A stretch of DNA of 64,000 bases from contig JBIPSI010000008.1 of NCBI GenBank assembly GCA_044070495.1, forward strand, positions 32,001 to 96,000, given 5' to 3'. Each line of letters begins with the position of its first letter. Position 1 is the stretch's first letter. Source of the stretch: Spirulina sp. (lineage in GTDB: Bacteria; Cyanobacteriota; Cyanobacteriia; Phormidesmidales; Phormidesmidaceae). The translations under genes were made by a program, and so were the position numbers. Below the pieces are notes generated by a model. The model saw only the letters and a program-made list of their open reading frames with translations. It was not told the DNA's origin and did not search any database. Positions 45,858 through 56,465 of the stretch are shown here, piece after piece.

Positions 45858-48800
45858 CTAGAAGTCGCAGATCTGACGATCCTGGGGGCTGAGTCCTTCC
45901 CCGTGGCGCAGATAGTCCTGTACCCAGTCGCAGGCGTAGGCGATGGGGTCGAGGGTGAGAATTTGCTGGATATCCCACACCACCAGATGGCCATTGTCGC
46001 TGCCGGAGTAGAGGAACTGGCCCCTGGAGTCAAACAGTAAGGCGGTGATGATGCCCCCCTGTCCGGGCAGGGTTTTGGTGAGGGTGCCCGCTCGGTTCCA
46101 GAGCTTGATGGTGCCATCAATGCCGCCCGTGGCAATCATTTCGCCATCGGGGCTAAAGGCGACCCTGGTAAGGCCCTCGCTTTGGCCAGGGATGGCTTGG
46201 TAGGGGCCGTTGGGATAGGCCCAGAGGTGCAGGGTATCGTCTAGACTCGTAGCCGCCACAAGCTGACCATCGGGGCTAAAGGCCACCCCCCACACGGCTC
46301 CGGCATCGGTAATGGGCGTAGCGACTAGGGTGCCATCGGTGCGCCAGAGTTTGACGGTGCCTTCCTCGCTGGCTGAGGCTAAAACCTCCTCTCCAGGATG
46401 GAAGGCCAACTGCCAAATCCGCGAATTGTGGGCCTTAAATTGGGTGAGAATTGTCCCCGCCGCATCTCGAATTTGAATCGTGCCATTGTCGCTGCCCACC
46501 GCTAGGGTAAAGGGCGACGGGCTGGAGGCCGAATTGGGACGCAGGGCCAACCCAAAGCCACTGCCCAAGGTGGTATCGGGCTGCCATAGGGGCGGATCAT
46601 CGGGACGGGGTAGGGCGCTCATGTCTAGGCGGTAGAGGCCTGAGGTGCTGGCAGTAAAGAGGATCTGGCCTGTGGGGTCAAAGCTGCCTGCCCTGGGGTC
46701 GAAGGCGAAATGGCCTTGCAGTTCCAGATCGCGCCAAAGTTTCATCTCTAGGGCAGAGCCCAGGGAGGCCAAGGTACGGCCATTGGGACTGAGGGCGAGG
46801 GACCAAATGGTATCGCTGTGTCCGGTCAACTCTCGCATCAGGTAGCGGTTGCGCTGCCACAGGCGCACAGTGCCATCGTCGCTGGCGGTGGCGGCAAAGG
46901 TGCCATCTGGCCCCAGGGCGGCATCGCGAATGGTGGCCCGATGACCTTGCACGGTGCGGATAAAGGTGCCATTGCCCTGCCAAAGATGGCCCTTCGCGTC
47001 TTTGCTGCTGGCGACAATGAACCGACCATCGTCGCTACAGTCTACCCCCAGCAACGCGCCACTATCGGGGGGTTTGAGGTCGTGGAGGAGGGTGCCCTCT
47101 AGGCTCCAAACCTTGAGGGTTTGGTCGGAGCTAACGGAAACAATCTGGTTGGTGCCTGGGCAAGTGGCCACATCCCACACCTCGGCCTGGTGCCCGATCA
47201 AGGGGGGCTGTTCCTCGCCCTGAATGGTCCACCGTTGCAGGGTGCCATCCACCACCGCCGCCACCAGCCCTTGGCTGTCGGGGGTAAAGGCTACATTCCA
47301 GGGAATTTGTGAGGTGGGCCAGGTCTGGGCTAGGGTGCCGTCGCGATGCCACAGGCGAATGGTGCGATCTCCCCCCGCCGAGGCAATCCACTGGCCATCG
47401 GGGCTGGCATCTACCCCCCACACAGGCTGGTCGTGGGCCTGAATCTGGTGCAGCCGCTGCCCGTCTAAGCTCCACACCTGCACGGTGCCATCCAGGCTGG
47501 CGGTAATCACCCGCTGGGAATCGGCGCTAAACACCACCCGATGGACGGTATTTTGATGCTCGAAGGTTTGGAGTAAACGGCCATCCTTGGCCCATAGGCG
47601 GGCAGTTTTGTCGTTGCTGCCCGTGGCCAGCCATTGACCATCGGGGCTAATGTCCACGGTCAACACGCCGCCCTGGTGCTGGGTAAGACGGTTCATCTCA
47701 TTGTTGCCAAACACCGTCTGGATCAGCGCCGCCTCCACCTGCTGGGCCAGGGCCGGGTCGGAGTTTCGCACCCGCCGCTGGGCACGGTAGGCACGGATGG
47801 CCTCTACCATGGCCGCAAGCTGCTGGTGGGTATTAAACAACCCCTGGGAGGAGGAGGCCAATGCCTTCACCTCGCTGGCCTTGGCCCATTGATACTGCCG
47901 CCAACTCATCCAACTGATACCCAGGGCACCCACTAAGGCGGTGGACACCACCCCCAACAGCACGGTTTTGAGATTGGCCACCTGGCGGGCTTGGCGCAGA
48001 CGCAGGTTTTCCGCCTGGAGCCGCTCGGTTTCCAGCTTTTGCCGAATCCGCTGCTGTTCGGCCTCCTGGCTGGCCTGGAAAAAGCGGTAGTCTAGATCCC
48101 CTAGCCGACGATTGTGCTGCTTGGCCCAGTCCAGCACCCGCCGCAGACTTTTGCCCCGCAACAGGCGCGACTCGTCGGTATAGCCAGAGGCCGCCCAGGC
48201 ATTGAGGGCTTCGGCGTAGGGACGCAGGCCATCGAGTTGGGCCTGCACCCAGGTTTCGCAAAACACCGCCCGGTAAATGGGATTTTTGACCTGAAGTTGT
48301 CCTGCCCGCTGCACCACTAGGCCCGACAGTTGCAGGTCAGTCTGGGCAAGGCTGTTATCGAGGGGCACGCCTCCCTCGGCCAAAATCTGCTGGTAGAGAT
48401 CGAGCAGCAGGGCGGCCCGCTGTTCGTCGTAGAGCAGGCGGTTGCGGATGGTACGCAGGTGTTCGGGGTTGTCCTGGCTTTCCCAATGGTCAATGATGCG
48501 GGTCTGCACCAGGTTGGTCACCCAAATCGCCTCTTCTCCCGACGGAATGGGATATAACTCGTGGGCCTGAATCTCGCTGATCACCTGCTGACACAGCTTT
48601 TGGGTGAGGAAGGGTTGGCCCCCCGTCCAGTGCAGAATGGCCGCTAGGATGGCTTCGGGCTGACCCATCTGCGGCGCAAATCCGGTGAGGAGGGGCTGGC
48701 TTTGGCCGGGGCAAAAGTCCTGGAGGTCGATGGCGCGGCCAATGTTGAAGGGCGTGCGTCGGGGGTCGCGAATCAGATCCGAGGGCGTGGCCACCCCAAA

Positions 48801-49352
48801 CAGCCCCCAGGTGAGGCGACCATAGTCGGCCTGGTGTACCCGCTGCTCGTGGCAGGCGCGAATGAAGGCAAAGAAATCATTGGCGGAAAAGTCGAGGCTG
48901 AGAACGCTGTCGATTTCATCTACCAAAATAAACAGACGGCTGTGGGGCAGGTGGTTAACAATCTCGTCGATCAGCAACCGCAGTTGTTGCACCAGGGGCA
49001 GATCAGCCCATTCCTCCCAGCGGGCCTTGAGGTTAATGTCCCTCAGTAAGTCCAGATCCCGCAGCAGGGCCACCATCATGCCCCGATACCACTGTTCGTA
49101 GGACACCTGATCGCTGCCCAACTCCGTCATATCCAGATAGGCACAATGATAGCCAAGCTGGCTCAGACGATACTGCACGCGGGTACGCAGGCTCGATTTG
49201 CCCATCTGGCGGGCATTGAAAACGTAGCAAAATTCTCCGGCCAATAACCCTTCATAGAGTCGTTGATCCGCCTCTCGCACCACATAGGTGGCGGCATCGG
49301 CGGCGAGACTGCCACCGACCTGGTAAAGCGTTTGAACAGGACTGACGGTCAC
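45858..49352 (-). CDS. AAA_35-type STAND ATPase + TM + WD40 beta-propeller protein
   Basis: [38 protein letters not shown]; about 14 WD40 repeats. Confidence 0.93.
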   Translation of the reverse strand: MTVSPVQTLYQVGGSLAADAATYVVREADQRLYEGLLAGEFCYVFNARQMGKSSLRTRVQYRLSQLGYHCAYLDMTELGSDQVSYEQWYRGMMVALLRDLDLLRDINLKARWEEWADLPLVQQLRLLIDEIVNHLPHSRLFILVDEIDSVLSLDFSANDFFAFIRACHEQRVHQADYGRLTWGLFGVATPSDLIRDPRRTPFNIGRAIDLQDFCPGQSQPLLTGFAPQMGQPEAILAAILHWTGGQPFLTQKLCQQVISEIQAHELYPIPSGEEAIWVTNLVQTRIIDHWESQDNPEHLRTIRNRLLYDEQRAALLLDLYQQILAEGGVPLDNSLAQTDLQLSGLVVQRAGQLQVKNPIYRAVFCETWVQAQLDGLRPYAEALNAWAASGYTDESRLLRGKSLRRVLDWAKQHNRRLGDLDYRFFQASQEAEQQRIRQKLETERLQAENLRLRQARQVANLKTVLLGVVSTALVGALGISWMSWRQYQWAKASEVKALASSSQGLFNTHQQLAAMVEAIRAYRAQRRVRNSDPALAQQVEAALIQTVFGNNEMNRLTQHQGGVLTVDISPDGQWLATGSNDKTARLWAKDGRLLQTFEHQNTVHRVVFSADSQRVITASLDGTVQVWSLDGQRLHQIQAHDQPVWGVDASPDGQWIASAGGDRTIRLWHRDGTLAQTWPTSQIPWNVAFTPDSQGLVAAVVDGTLQRWTIQGEEQPPLIGHQAEVWDVATCPGTNQIVSVSSDQTLKVWSLEGTLLHDLKPPDSGALLGVDCSDDGRFIVASSKDAKGHLWQGNGTFIRTVQGHRATIRDAALGPDGTFAATASDDGTVRLWQRNRYLMRELTGHSDTIWSLALSPNGRTLASLGSALEMKLWRDLELQGHFAFDPRAGSFDPTGQILFTASTSGLYRLDMSALPRPDDPPLWQPDTTLGSGFGLALRPNSASSPSPFTLAVGSDNGTIQIRDAAGTILTQFKAHNSRIWQLAFHPGEEVLASASEEGTVKLWRTDGTLVATPITDAGAVWGVAFSPDGQLVAATSLDDTLHLWAYPNGPYQAIPGQSEGLTRVAFSPDGEMIATGGIDGTIKLWNRAGTLTKTLPGQGGIITALLFDSRGQFLYSGSDNGHLVVWDIQQILTLDPIAYACDWVQDYLRHGEGLSPQDRQICDF

Positions 49353-49394
49353 ACCATGGAGAAAAACTAGATCAGATGCTATTCCAAGGTCAGT

Positions 49395-50765
49395 TTAGCA
49401 ATCCGCATAGAGGGCGGCAAAGTAATCTCGACATAGGGAACAGCGCACCTTAGCTCGCCCCCCCTCAAACTGCACCAACCCCATAGCCTCTAGGCGGCGG
49501 GCAATGGGAGCCGCCAAAGCAACGGGTTCCTTGGCGTTAATCACCTGCTGCCACGCCTCTTGCAGGGCCGGAGACTGCTGGAAAATCAGCCATAGCCGAT
49601 GCAGGTACTCCCGGTAAATACCGTCATCGGTGGCGGCCTGATCCACCAACCGCTGCACCGTCCACCGCCCGGTCTGAAGCCAGTAGAAGGCCAGCTGAAT
49701 CAGGTAGGGATGTCCGCCTACCCGCGCTGTCAAGGAGGCGATATCCCCCGGGCTCAACGCTATATCGGCTAGGCCGTAGCGTTGCCCTAGGGTGTCCACC
49801 TGTTCTGGGGTAAACAGCGGCAGATCGAGGGGTAGCCCCACATTAAAGGGAGACTGATGGGTCTGCAACGGCAGATCAAACTCGGCGGCATAGGCCAGCA
49901 CCAGCCGCAGTTTGCCCCACTCCGGGCCAGATCGAGCCTGCTCGTACCAAGACCGCAGCATGGCCAAAAAGTTGCTGGCAATGTGGGGATGCTCTGACAG
50001 GTGATGCAGGGTGTCGATGGCAATCACCACCGGGGATGTCAGGTGGCCAAGCACCTGATCTTGAATGAAGGTGGTGCAGCTTAGCTTGCTGCCCGCACTG
50101 GCAAACCAGTAGTCGTCCACCTTGAGGTTGAGGTTGAGTTTTTGGCTGATGGCCCAGCAAAACCAGCGCAAAAAGGCATCCAGGCTATCTAAGGCATCGG
50201 CATCAACCTGACGCATATCCACCAAGGCCACGGACATGCCCTGCTGCTGCGCCCGCCCTAGGATCTGATTCATGAGTGAGGTTTTGCCCAGGCCCCAGGC
50301 CCCCTTAATGCGGAGCAGACTGCCAGGCTGTTGCAGGGCGGCACTGGCCATCTCCTCTAGCGGCGGGCGTTCCACATACCAGGGCGACTGAAACGGCAGG
50401 GGAGATCCCGGAAACTCCGGGGACTTGTCCATCATCTCGGTGGGCAGTGGAATCGGATTCACCCCAGACGCTACTCCCGCCCCCCCCGATGACTGGTTGG
50501 CAATTTCGGCCAAAATTAACCGCAGCCGCTTCTTGCTGACCGGATAACCTAACCGCTGGGATAGCGTTTGCCATAGCTTGGAGCCAATATCTTTGAGATA
50601 GCCTTCTTCATAGCCCGTATCAATGGCCATCTCCCGATACAACTGATCTTGCCAGGTACGAACAAAGACCAATTCTTCGACATAACTCAACTGCTGTGGA
50701 TCCAGGATTTGCCTAACCAGATCCAGAGCCGTTTTAACATCCATGGATGGTGATGACAGAGACAT
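49395..50765 (-). CDS. wHTH + AAA_35-type STAND domain protein with degenerate Walker motifs
   Basis: N-terminal W..Q.Y.EMA...GY..GYLKDIGSKLW HTH; YVERPP, GAWGLGKTSL, IAIDTLHH, QSPFNVG, GGHPYL. Confidence 0.88.
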   Translation of the reverse strand: MSLSSPSMDVKTALDLVRQILDPQQLSYVEELVFVRTWQDQLYREMAIDTGYEEGYLKDIGSKLWQTLSQRLGYPVSKKRLRLILAEIANQSSGGAGVASGVNPIPLPTEMMDKSPEFPGSPLPFQSPWYVERPPLEEMASAALQQPGSLLRIKGAWGLGKTSLMNQILGRAQQQGMSVALVDMRQVDADALDSLDAFLRWFCWAISQKLNLNLKVDDYWFASAGSKLSCTTFIQDQVLGHLTSPVVIAIDTLHHLSEHPHIASNFLAMLRSWYEQARSGPEWGKLRLVLAYAAEFDLPLQTHQSPFNVGLPLDLPLFTPEQVDTLGQRYGLADIALSPGDIASLTARVGGHPYLIQLAFYWLQTGRWTVQRLVDQAATDDGIYREYLHRLWLIFQQSPALQEAWQQVINAKEPVALAAPIARRLEAMGLVQFEGGRAKVRCSLCRDYFAALYADC

Positions 50766-51041
50766 TTACACTTTCATATTAAAGAGATCAACGGTACCCA
50801 CGCCGGAAAAAGAGCGCCACAATTACGAGAAAATACCGAGGCTTTTCTATGGTACCGCCAATACTAAAGCTATTTGCCTTCAAAATACCTAGGAATTTTG
50901 CTGATTGTCAGCTTCTGTCACTATTGCGCCGAGACAAGCCTTGAGTCACTATAGAACGGCTCCTTTGCCCAATTCCGAATCCTTTCTCAAATCGAGACTA
51001 GATCAATCAATCAATGGTGCGAGGGTCGCCACGCGCATCGC

Positions 51042-51090
51042 AACAAACTAAACAGACTAAACAAACTAAACAGACCAAAAAAACTAAACT
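51042..51090. repeat. Five tandem 9-bp direct repeats AACA(A/G)ACTA upstream of the wHTH-STAND gene
   Basis: aacaaacta aacagacta aacaaacta aacagacca aaaaaacta aact. Confidence 0.8.
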
Positions 51091-51219
51091 ATATCAATTC
51101 TAGAAATAGCCTATTGATAAGGATGATGGTTCCCACGTATTCTCTCCCCGCTGCCTAGCCCTAGCCCGCCGATTACCAATCCTCAGCCGATCACAAACTT
51201 GCTCGATTGCGCTGATCTG

Positions 51220-51367
51220 GCCCTCGCCCTAAATCCTTCTCCCAACGTGGGAGAGGGACTTTGAGGGGCTTTCTAGCTCCCCTTCTCCTGGGGAGACGCT
51301 TCGCAAACGCCCTCCTGGAAGAGGGGCTGGGGGTGTAGCTTGCTTCCCGTTAGGGTGGGCTGAGGGG
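51220..51367 (+). repeat. REP-like repeat type A carrying two very small insertions
   Basis: ccctcgccctaaatccttctccc...gaggggctgggggt; inserts AGACGCTTCGCAAACG and GTAGCTTGCTTCCCGTTAGGGT. Confidence 0.7.
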
Positions 51368-51521
51368 ACTCCCCAAGCAGGCAACCCAGCGCTATAGTCT
51401 GAATATTTGGTAGACTGGGCCGTCATTTGCCTGGGTGATCCAACCCTAGGGACTCCCGAAGTCTGCCCCTGTGAACCATGCCATCAACGATTGCCCTCAA
51501 CGATTAAGGAAGCCCCTCGCC

Positions 51522-52325
51522 ATGACTCGTCGCTGGATTATTGGGCTATTGAGCCTTGTTCTTGTGGTGGCTGGCTGGGCTAGTCGTCCGGCCCAGGCCA
51601 CGGTGCCCCTGCAACCGGTGAGTCAGGTTGTGGGGTTACCGCCCCTGCCCACCATGGCCACAGACCTAGAACCTCGCAAAGCCCTGGAGACTGGCCCGAC
51701 GGATTTTAAGCCCACCGAGGTGCCCCAGTTGGCCCAGGCGACCCCCCGGCAGGTCGTGGCCCTGGCGGATCCCAGCAACTATGGGGATCGCTTTGCCACC
51801 GATGCCAATGGCCAGGCGGTCACCCACGAGTTCATTGCGGTGCTCCATGAAACGGTGGGGTCGGCCCAGAGCGCCATCAACCTCTTTCGCACCCACCATC
51901 CCCGCGATGCCGACCAGGTCAGCTACCATGCCCTAATTGGCCGGGATGGCACGATCTATTACATTGTGCCGCCAGAAAAGCGGGCCTTTGGTGCAGGCAA
52001 TTCCGTCTTTAATGGCCCCAACGGCCCAGAGACCGTGCGCACCAACCCCAATTTTCCCCCGTCGGTCAACAACTTTGCCTACCACGTTTCCCTAGAAACC
52101 CCCGGCGATGGCATGAACAATCGCCGCAGCCACAGTGGCTACACCCCAGCCCAATACACCTCCCTGGCTTGGCTCTTGGCCCAAACCACCATCCCCGACA
52201 ACCGCATCACCACCCATCAGGCGGTGGATCGATCCAACAGTCGGATGGATCCGCGCAGCTTCAGCAGCCAGCAGTTTTTCTCCCTGCTGCGGCAATATCC
52301 CACCCGATCAGGGCTATCGGGCTAG
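51522..52325 (+). CDS. N-acetylmuramoyl-L-alanine amidase (Amidase_2/PGRP-like), exported
   Basis: Signal peptide, VLHET, SYHALI, AFGAG, SLE, ITTH...DP. Confidence 0.9.
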   Translation: MTRRWIIGLLSLVLVVAGWASRPAQATVPLQPVSQVVGLPPLPTMATDLEPRKALETGPTDFKPTEVPQLAQATPRQVVALADPSNYGDRFATDANGQAVTHEFIAVLHETVGSAQSAINLFRTHHPRDADQVSYHALIGRDGTIYYIVPPEKRAFGAGNSVFNGPNGPETVRTNPNFPPSVNNFAYHVSLETPGDGMNNRRSHSGYTPAQYTSLAWLLAQTTIPDNRITTHQAVDRSNSRMDPRSFSSQQFFSLLRQYPTRSGLSG

Positions 52326-52364
52326 GGGCATGACCTATCCCAGAGGATTCACTGGCCCAGAGGA

Positions 52365-53147
52365 TTACCTGGCCCAGTGAATGGTGCGCTTTTCCACGAG
52401 GGCAAAGCAGCCGTAGAGCAAGATACCCATGGCCGCTAAGGACAAAATCGCTAGGAAGGCGAGGGCCACATTGAAGCTGGCGCTGGCGGAGACAATCACA
52501 TAGCCAATGCCCCGATCCGAGGCCACGGTTTCGGAGATCACCGACCCGATGAAGGCCTGGGAAATGGCGACCTTGAGGGAGGCAAACAGGTAGGGCAGGG
52601 AATGGGGAAAGCCCACCTTTTGAAAGATTTCCCAGCGGCTAGCCCCCAGGGATCGCAGCACATCCTGCATTTCGGGTTCCACGGTGGCCAACCCCGCCGC
52701 CACGTTCACCACAATGGGAAAAAAGGCCAGGGTAAAGGCGGTGATGATGGCGGGAATGGCCCCAATGCCAAACCAGATGGCCAATAGCGGCACCAGCGCC
52801 ACCTTGGGAATGGTGTTAAAGCCCACCAGCAGGGGGTAAAGCACCAGGTAGGCCAGGCGAGAATAGCCAATTAAGAAGCCCAGCACTACCCCTAGCCCCA
52901 GCCCCAGAAAAAATCCGGTTAGCGTAGTGCTGAGGGTAATCAGACTGTGCTTCCAGATGGTGGCCCCGTAGTTCTGGGCGGCCTCCCACACATCGCTGGG
53001 GGCGGGCAGCAAAAACTGAGGAATCTGAAAAATCCGAGTGCTGGCCTCCCAAAGGATGAGCAGCAGCAGCGTGGCCACGGCGGGCAACACATAGGCGGCT
53101 TGTTTACGCTTGAGATAGCGGTTAAAGGATTGAATCAACGACGACAC
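52365..53147 (-). CDS. ABC transporter permease (SsuC/TauC/NitT type)
   Basis: LPAPS, IPKVALVPL, LGASRWEIF.KV..P..LP EAA-like loop. Confidence 0.9.
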   Translation of the reverse strand: MSSLIQSFNRYLKRKQAAYVLPAVATLLLLILWEASTRIFQIPQFLLPAPSDVWEAAQNYGATIWKHSLITLSTTLTGFFLGLGLGVVLGFLIGYSRLAYLVLYPLLVGFNTIPKVALVPLLAIWFGIGAIPAIITAFTLAFFPIVVNVAAGLATVEPEMQDVLRSLGASRWEIFQKVGFPHSLPYLFASLKVAISQAFIGSVISETVASDRGIGYVIVSASASFNVALAFLAILSLAAMGILLYGCFALVEKRTIHWAR

Positions 53148-53349
53148 AACCTTGAGTCTCCCTGGGTCTGCGGTTGAACAATGGCTCCATCAACGACAGG
53201 ATGGAGGCGCTACGGCCCTAATGTTATGGGGCGATGACTCCCCCAAACTGCTCAAACCGGACAATCTGCCCGCCTGCCAGGATCGCCCATCAGACCGCTA
53301 CAGCTGGACGGGCGGGGCCTAGGACATGGATGGGGAATCCTCAGACCGC

Positions 53350-55965
53350 CTAAGATTCCTTGGCGAGGGGCCAGTCGGACACGATGGGCACCTGTTCTGG
53401 GTCGGCCCAGAGGATGAGTTTGGGGTCGTAGGGGCTGGTGAGGGAAGAGTGCTGGGGCAAAATCCGCAGGGAGATGCCCTGGAGGCCGCTGGAGGTATAT
53501 TCCACCTCGGTGGCGTAGAGGCTGTGGCCCTGGTCGTCTTGGCCTTGGTAGGTCATGGGGGTGGCGGTGCCGCTGTGGATTTCGCCATCGACGGCCACGC
53601 TACCCCGGTACAGTTCCACCTGCACATCGTCGGGGGTAATGGCCCCCAGTTGCAGGCGGGTCGAAACCTTAAGGGGCTGATTGACGCGCAGGTCGGCGGC
53701 TTCGGAGATGGCGATTTCCTCGAACCGAATGTCGTACCAGTGTTCCACCAAGCGAGACTGCCACACCGCCAGTTCCTTGCCGGGGCCATAGTTTTGGGAC
53801 ACCAGTTTGTGGGCGCGGTCGCTGGCGGCAAAGTAGCCCTGGCTAGCGTAGTTCTTCACCATGCGGGCGGTGTTGAACTGGGGGGTATTTAAGTAGATGG
53901 CCTCCTTCATTTTGGCTACCCAGCCGCGAGGGATTTCGTCCTTGTCGCGGTCGTAGAACAGGGGCACCACTTCTTTTTCCAGGATTTCGTAGAGGGCGTT
54001 GGCTTCTACATCGTCCTGGTAGTCGGGGTCTTCGTAGTCTTCGCCGTGGCCAATGGGCCAGCCGGTGCGGATGTAGTCGGCCTCATCCCACCAGCCATCC
54101 AGCACACTGAGGTTGGGTAGGCCGTTCATGGCCGCCTTCATGCCGCTGGTGCCGCTGGCCTCGCGGGGGCGGCGGGGGGTATTGAGCCACACATCGCAGC
54201 CCGCTACCATATCCCGCGACAGGTGAATATCGTAGTTGGGCACAAACACGATGGATCGATTCAGGCCGTGGTCGCGGGTAAAGTGGATGATGCTGCGGAT
54301 CAGTTCTTTGCCGGGAATGTCTTTGGGGTGGGCCTTTCCGGCGATCACAAACTGCACGCGGCGGTGGGTACCGTTGCCGTTGATGATTTTTTGGATGCGG
54401 TCGAGATCGCGCAGAAACAGGGTGGCCCGTTTGTAGGTGGCAAAGCGACGGGCAAAGCCAATGGTGAGCACAAAGGGATCGAGGCGTTCCTGGGCTTCGG
54501 TCAGTTCCCGCGTCGATCCCCCCCGTTCTAGCAGGTTTTTGGCCAGCCGTTCCCGCACCACCATCACCAAGTGCGACCGACATTGCTCGTGGTTGCGCCA
54601 GATTTCTTCGTCGGGGATGCTGTGGACGCGCTCCCACAGAGCCGCCTCCGGACTGGCCTGAGACCAGTTGGGGCCAAGGTAGCGGTCGTAGAGGGCCTGG
54701 GTGGAACGGGCCACACAACTGCGGGCATGGACGCCATTGGTAATGGCGCGAATGGGCACCTCATCCAGGGGCAGATCGACCCAGAGATCGCCAAACATCT
54801 CCTGGGATACTTGGCCATGGAGCTGGCTCACCCCGTTGACGAAGGTGGCGGTTTTAATCGCCAGCACCGCCATGCTGAAGGGGGCAGAAAAATCTCCGGT
54901 GTGGGTGCGGCCCAGGGCCAAAAACTCGTCTTCCCCCAGGCCAAAGCGCTGGCAATAGTGGCCCAGGTAGTGCAGCACCTTGTCGGGCGGGAACAGGTCG
55001 ATCCCCGCCGGAACCGGGGTGTGGGTGGTAAACATTTGGCTGGCCTGGGCCACCTGAAGCGCCTCGGCAAAGGAAAGGCCGTCCTCCGCCATCAGCACCC
55101 GGATCCGCTCTAGGGCCATAAAGGCCGAGTGGCCCTCGTTCATGTGGTAGGCGGTGGGAGCAATGCCCAGGGCCTTCAGCATCCGAATGCCGCCAATCCC
55201 CAGCATGATTTCCTGGTGGATGCGCATATCGATGTCGCCACCGTAGAGGCGATCACAGATGTCCTGGTCGTACTGGTTGTTGGGTTCAATGTTGGTATCC
55301 AGCAAATACAGGGGCACCGTACCCACCTGCACCCGCCAAATTCGGGCATAGACCGTCCGCCCCGGATAGTCCACCTCAATGCGGATTTCGTTGTCGTCGT
55401 CGTCCCGTTCTAAATGCAGGGGCATGTTGTAGAAGTCGTTGATCGGGTAGCGCTCCTGCTGCCAGCCATCGGCATTGAGGTACTGGGCAAAGTAGCCCTC
55501 CTGGTACAGCAGCCCCACCCCCACCAAGGGCAAGCCCAAGTCGCTGGCCGACTTGAGGTGATCCCCCGCCAGCACCCCCAAGCCCCCGGAATAGACGGGC
55601 ATACAGGTGGTAAGGCCAAACTCCATGGAAAAGTAGGCGTAGCATTCCCCAGGTACCGAATTGGGCCGATGCTTTTTGTACCAGGGTCGCTCCTTCAGGT
55701 AGTCTTCTAGGCGCTGGGCGGCCCGATCCATCTGAGCCAAAAAGCCCTCATCCTCGGTAATTTCGTTCAGCCGTTCCTGGCCGATGGTACCCAGCATCAG
55801 TACCGGGTTGTAGCGGCTCGACTCCCACAGATCGGCATTCAGCCGCCGAAATAGGTCGGCCATCTCCATGTCCCAGTCCCAATGCAGGTTGTAGGCCAGG
55901 GTGCGCAAGGCCTCTAGGCGCTGGGGCAGGGCAGGGGTGACATTAAAGGTGCGAATCGGTCGCAT
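53350..55965 (-). CDS. glgP: Alpha-glucan (glycogen) phosphorylase
   Basis: YFSMEFG, YSGGLGVLAGD, HMNEGH, FARRFATYKR, EASGTSGMK (PLP Lys). Confidence 0.96.
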   Translation of the reverse strand: MRPIRTFNVTPALPQRLEALRTLAYNLHWDWDMEMADLFRRLNADLWESSRYNPVLMLGTIGQERLNEITEDEGFLAQMDRAAQRLEDYLKERPWYKKHRPNSVPGECYAYFSMEFGLTTCMPVYSGGLGVLAGDHLKSASDLGLPLVGVGLLYQEGYFAQYLNADGWQQERYPINDFYNMPLHLERDDDDNEIRIEVDYPGRTVYARIWRVQVGTVPLYLLDTNIEPNNQYDQDICDRLYGGDIDMRIHQEIMLGIGGIRMLKALGIAPTAYHMNEGHSAFMALERIRVLMAEDGLSFAEALQVAQASQMFTTHTPVPAGIDLFPPDKVLHYLGHYCQRFGLGEDEFLALGRTHTGDFSAPFSMAVLAIKTATFVNGVSQLHGQVSQEMFGDLWVDLPLDEVPIRAITNGVHARSCVARSTQALYDRYLGPNWSQASPEAALWERVHSIPDEEIWRNHEQCRSHLVMVVRERLAKNLLERGGSTRELTEAQERLDPFVLTIGFARRFATYKRATLFLRDLDRIQKIINGNGTHRRVQFVIAGKAHPKDIPGKELIRSIIHFTRDHGLNRSIVFVPNYDIHLSRDMVAGCDVWLNTPRRPREASGTSGMKAAMNGLPNLSVLDGWWDEADYIRTGWPIGHGEDYEDPDYQDDVEANALYEILEKEVVPLFYDRDKDEIPRGWVAKMKEAIYLNTPQFNTARMVKNYASQGYFAASDRAHKLVSQNYGPGKELAVWQSRLVEHWYDIRFEEIAISEAADLRVNQPLKVSTRLQLGAITPDDVQVELYRGSVAVDGEIHSGTATPMTYQGQDDQGHSLYATEVEYTSSGLQGISLRILPQHSSLTSPYDPKLILWADPEQVPIVSDWPLAKES

Positions 55966-56221
55966 AGGATATCGAGCCAGAAAAACATCATGCTAACTAG
56001 GCCCATTGTGACCCCGATTCATCGATTCTTCAGGAGGTTTAAGAGTCTTTTCGCAGATCCCCGCCCCATCTGCCGCCGCTCACCCCGATTCCGTCGCACC
56101 CTAGCGCGATCAGAGATTTTACAGAGACTTACCCTTAACCATCCTAAAAAATAGCCATTTAGACCGATTGCGGCTGGGGATCAATTTCAGGAATAATTGG
56201 AATGAGTTAAAAAACGTTAGC

Positions 56222-56297
56222 CTTCCCTAGCCTCAGTTTCTCGACGGATGGCCATTTCATGGCCATGGTCGTCGGGGAATCGCGTTAGGCTGGGAAG
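56222..56297 (+). promoter_or_regulatory. Long stem-loop in the presumed 5' UTR of the small ORF
   Basis: cttccctagcct/aggctgggaag, tttctcgacg/cgtcggggaa, atggccat-ttc-atggccat nested stems. Confidence 0.5.
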
Positions 56298-56327
56298 CAT
56301 TACATAGCCAGTTTTGAGGAATCGATT

Positions 56328-56465
56328 ATGAACCGACCTGCCACCAGCACCGGGGTAACCACCACCGCCCAAAATTCCCACCGCCCCGATGTTGAGTTTG
56401 ACCAATGGGCCAAGGCTGTTCGCCAGCAGATGGTGGCTGCCCTCAAGCGCCGGGGCAATGCTTAA
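56328..56465 (+). CDS. 45-aa small protein, PirA (Ssr0692)-like PII-interacting regulator
   Basis: GAGGA RBS; MNRPATSTGVTTTAQNSHRPDVEFDQWAKAVRQQMVAALKRRGNA; resembles the PirA C-terminal motif from memory; below the ORF-track cutoff. Confidence 0.65.
   Translation: MNRPATSTGVTTTAQNSHRPDVEFDQWAKAVRQQMVAALKRRGNA

Noticed and set aside
56210..56300. Glutamine (glnA-type) riboswitch upstream of the small ORF
   Set aside because: Begins with CGTT but lacks the three-way junction consensus as I recall it; reported only as a hairpin.
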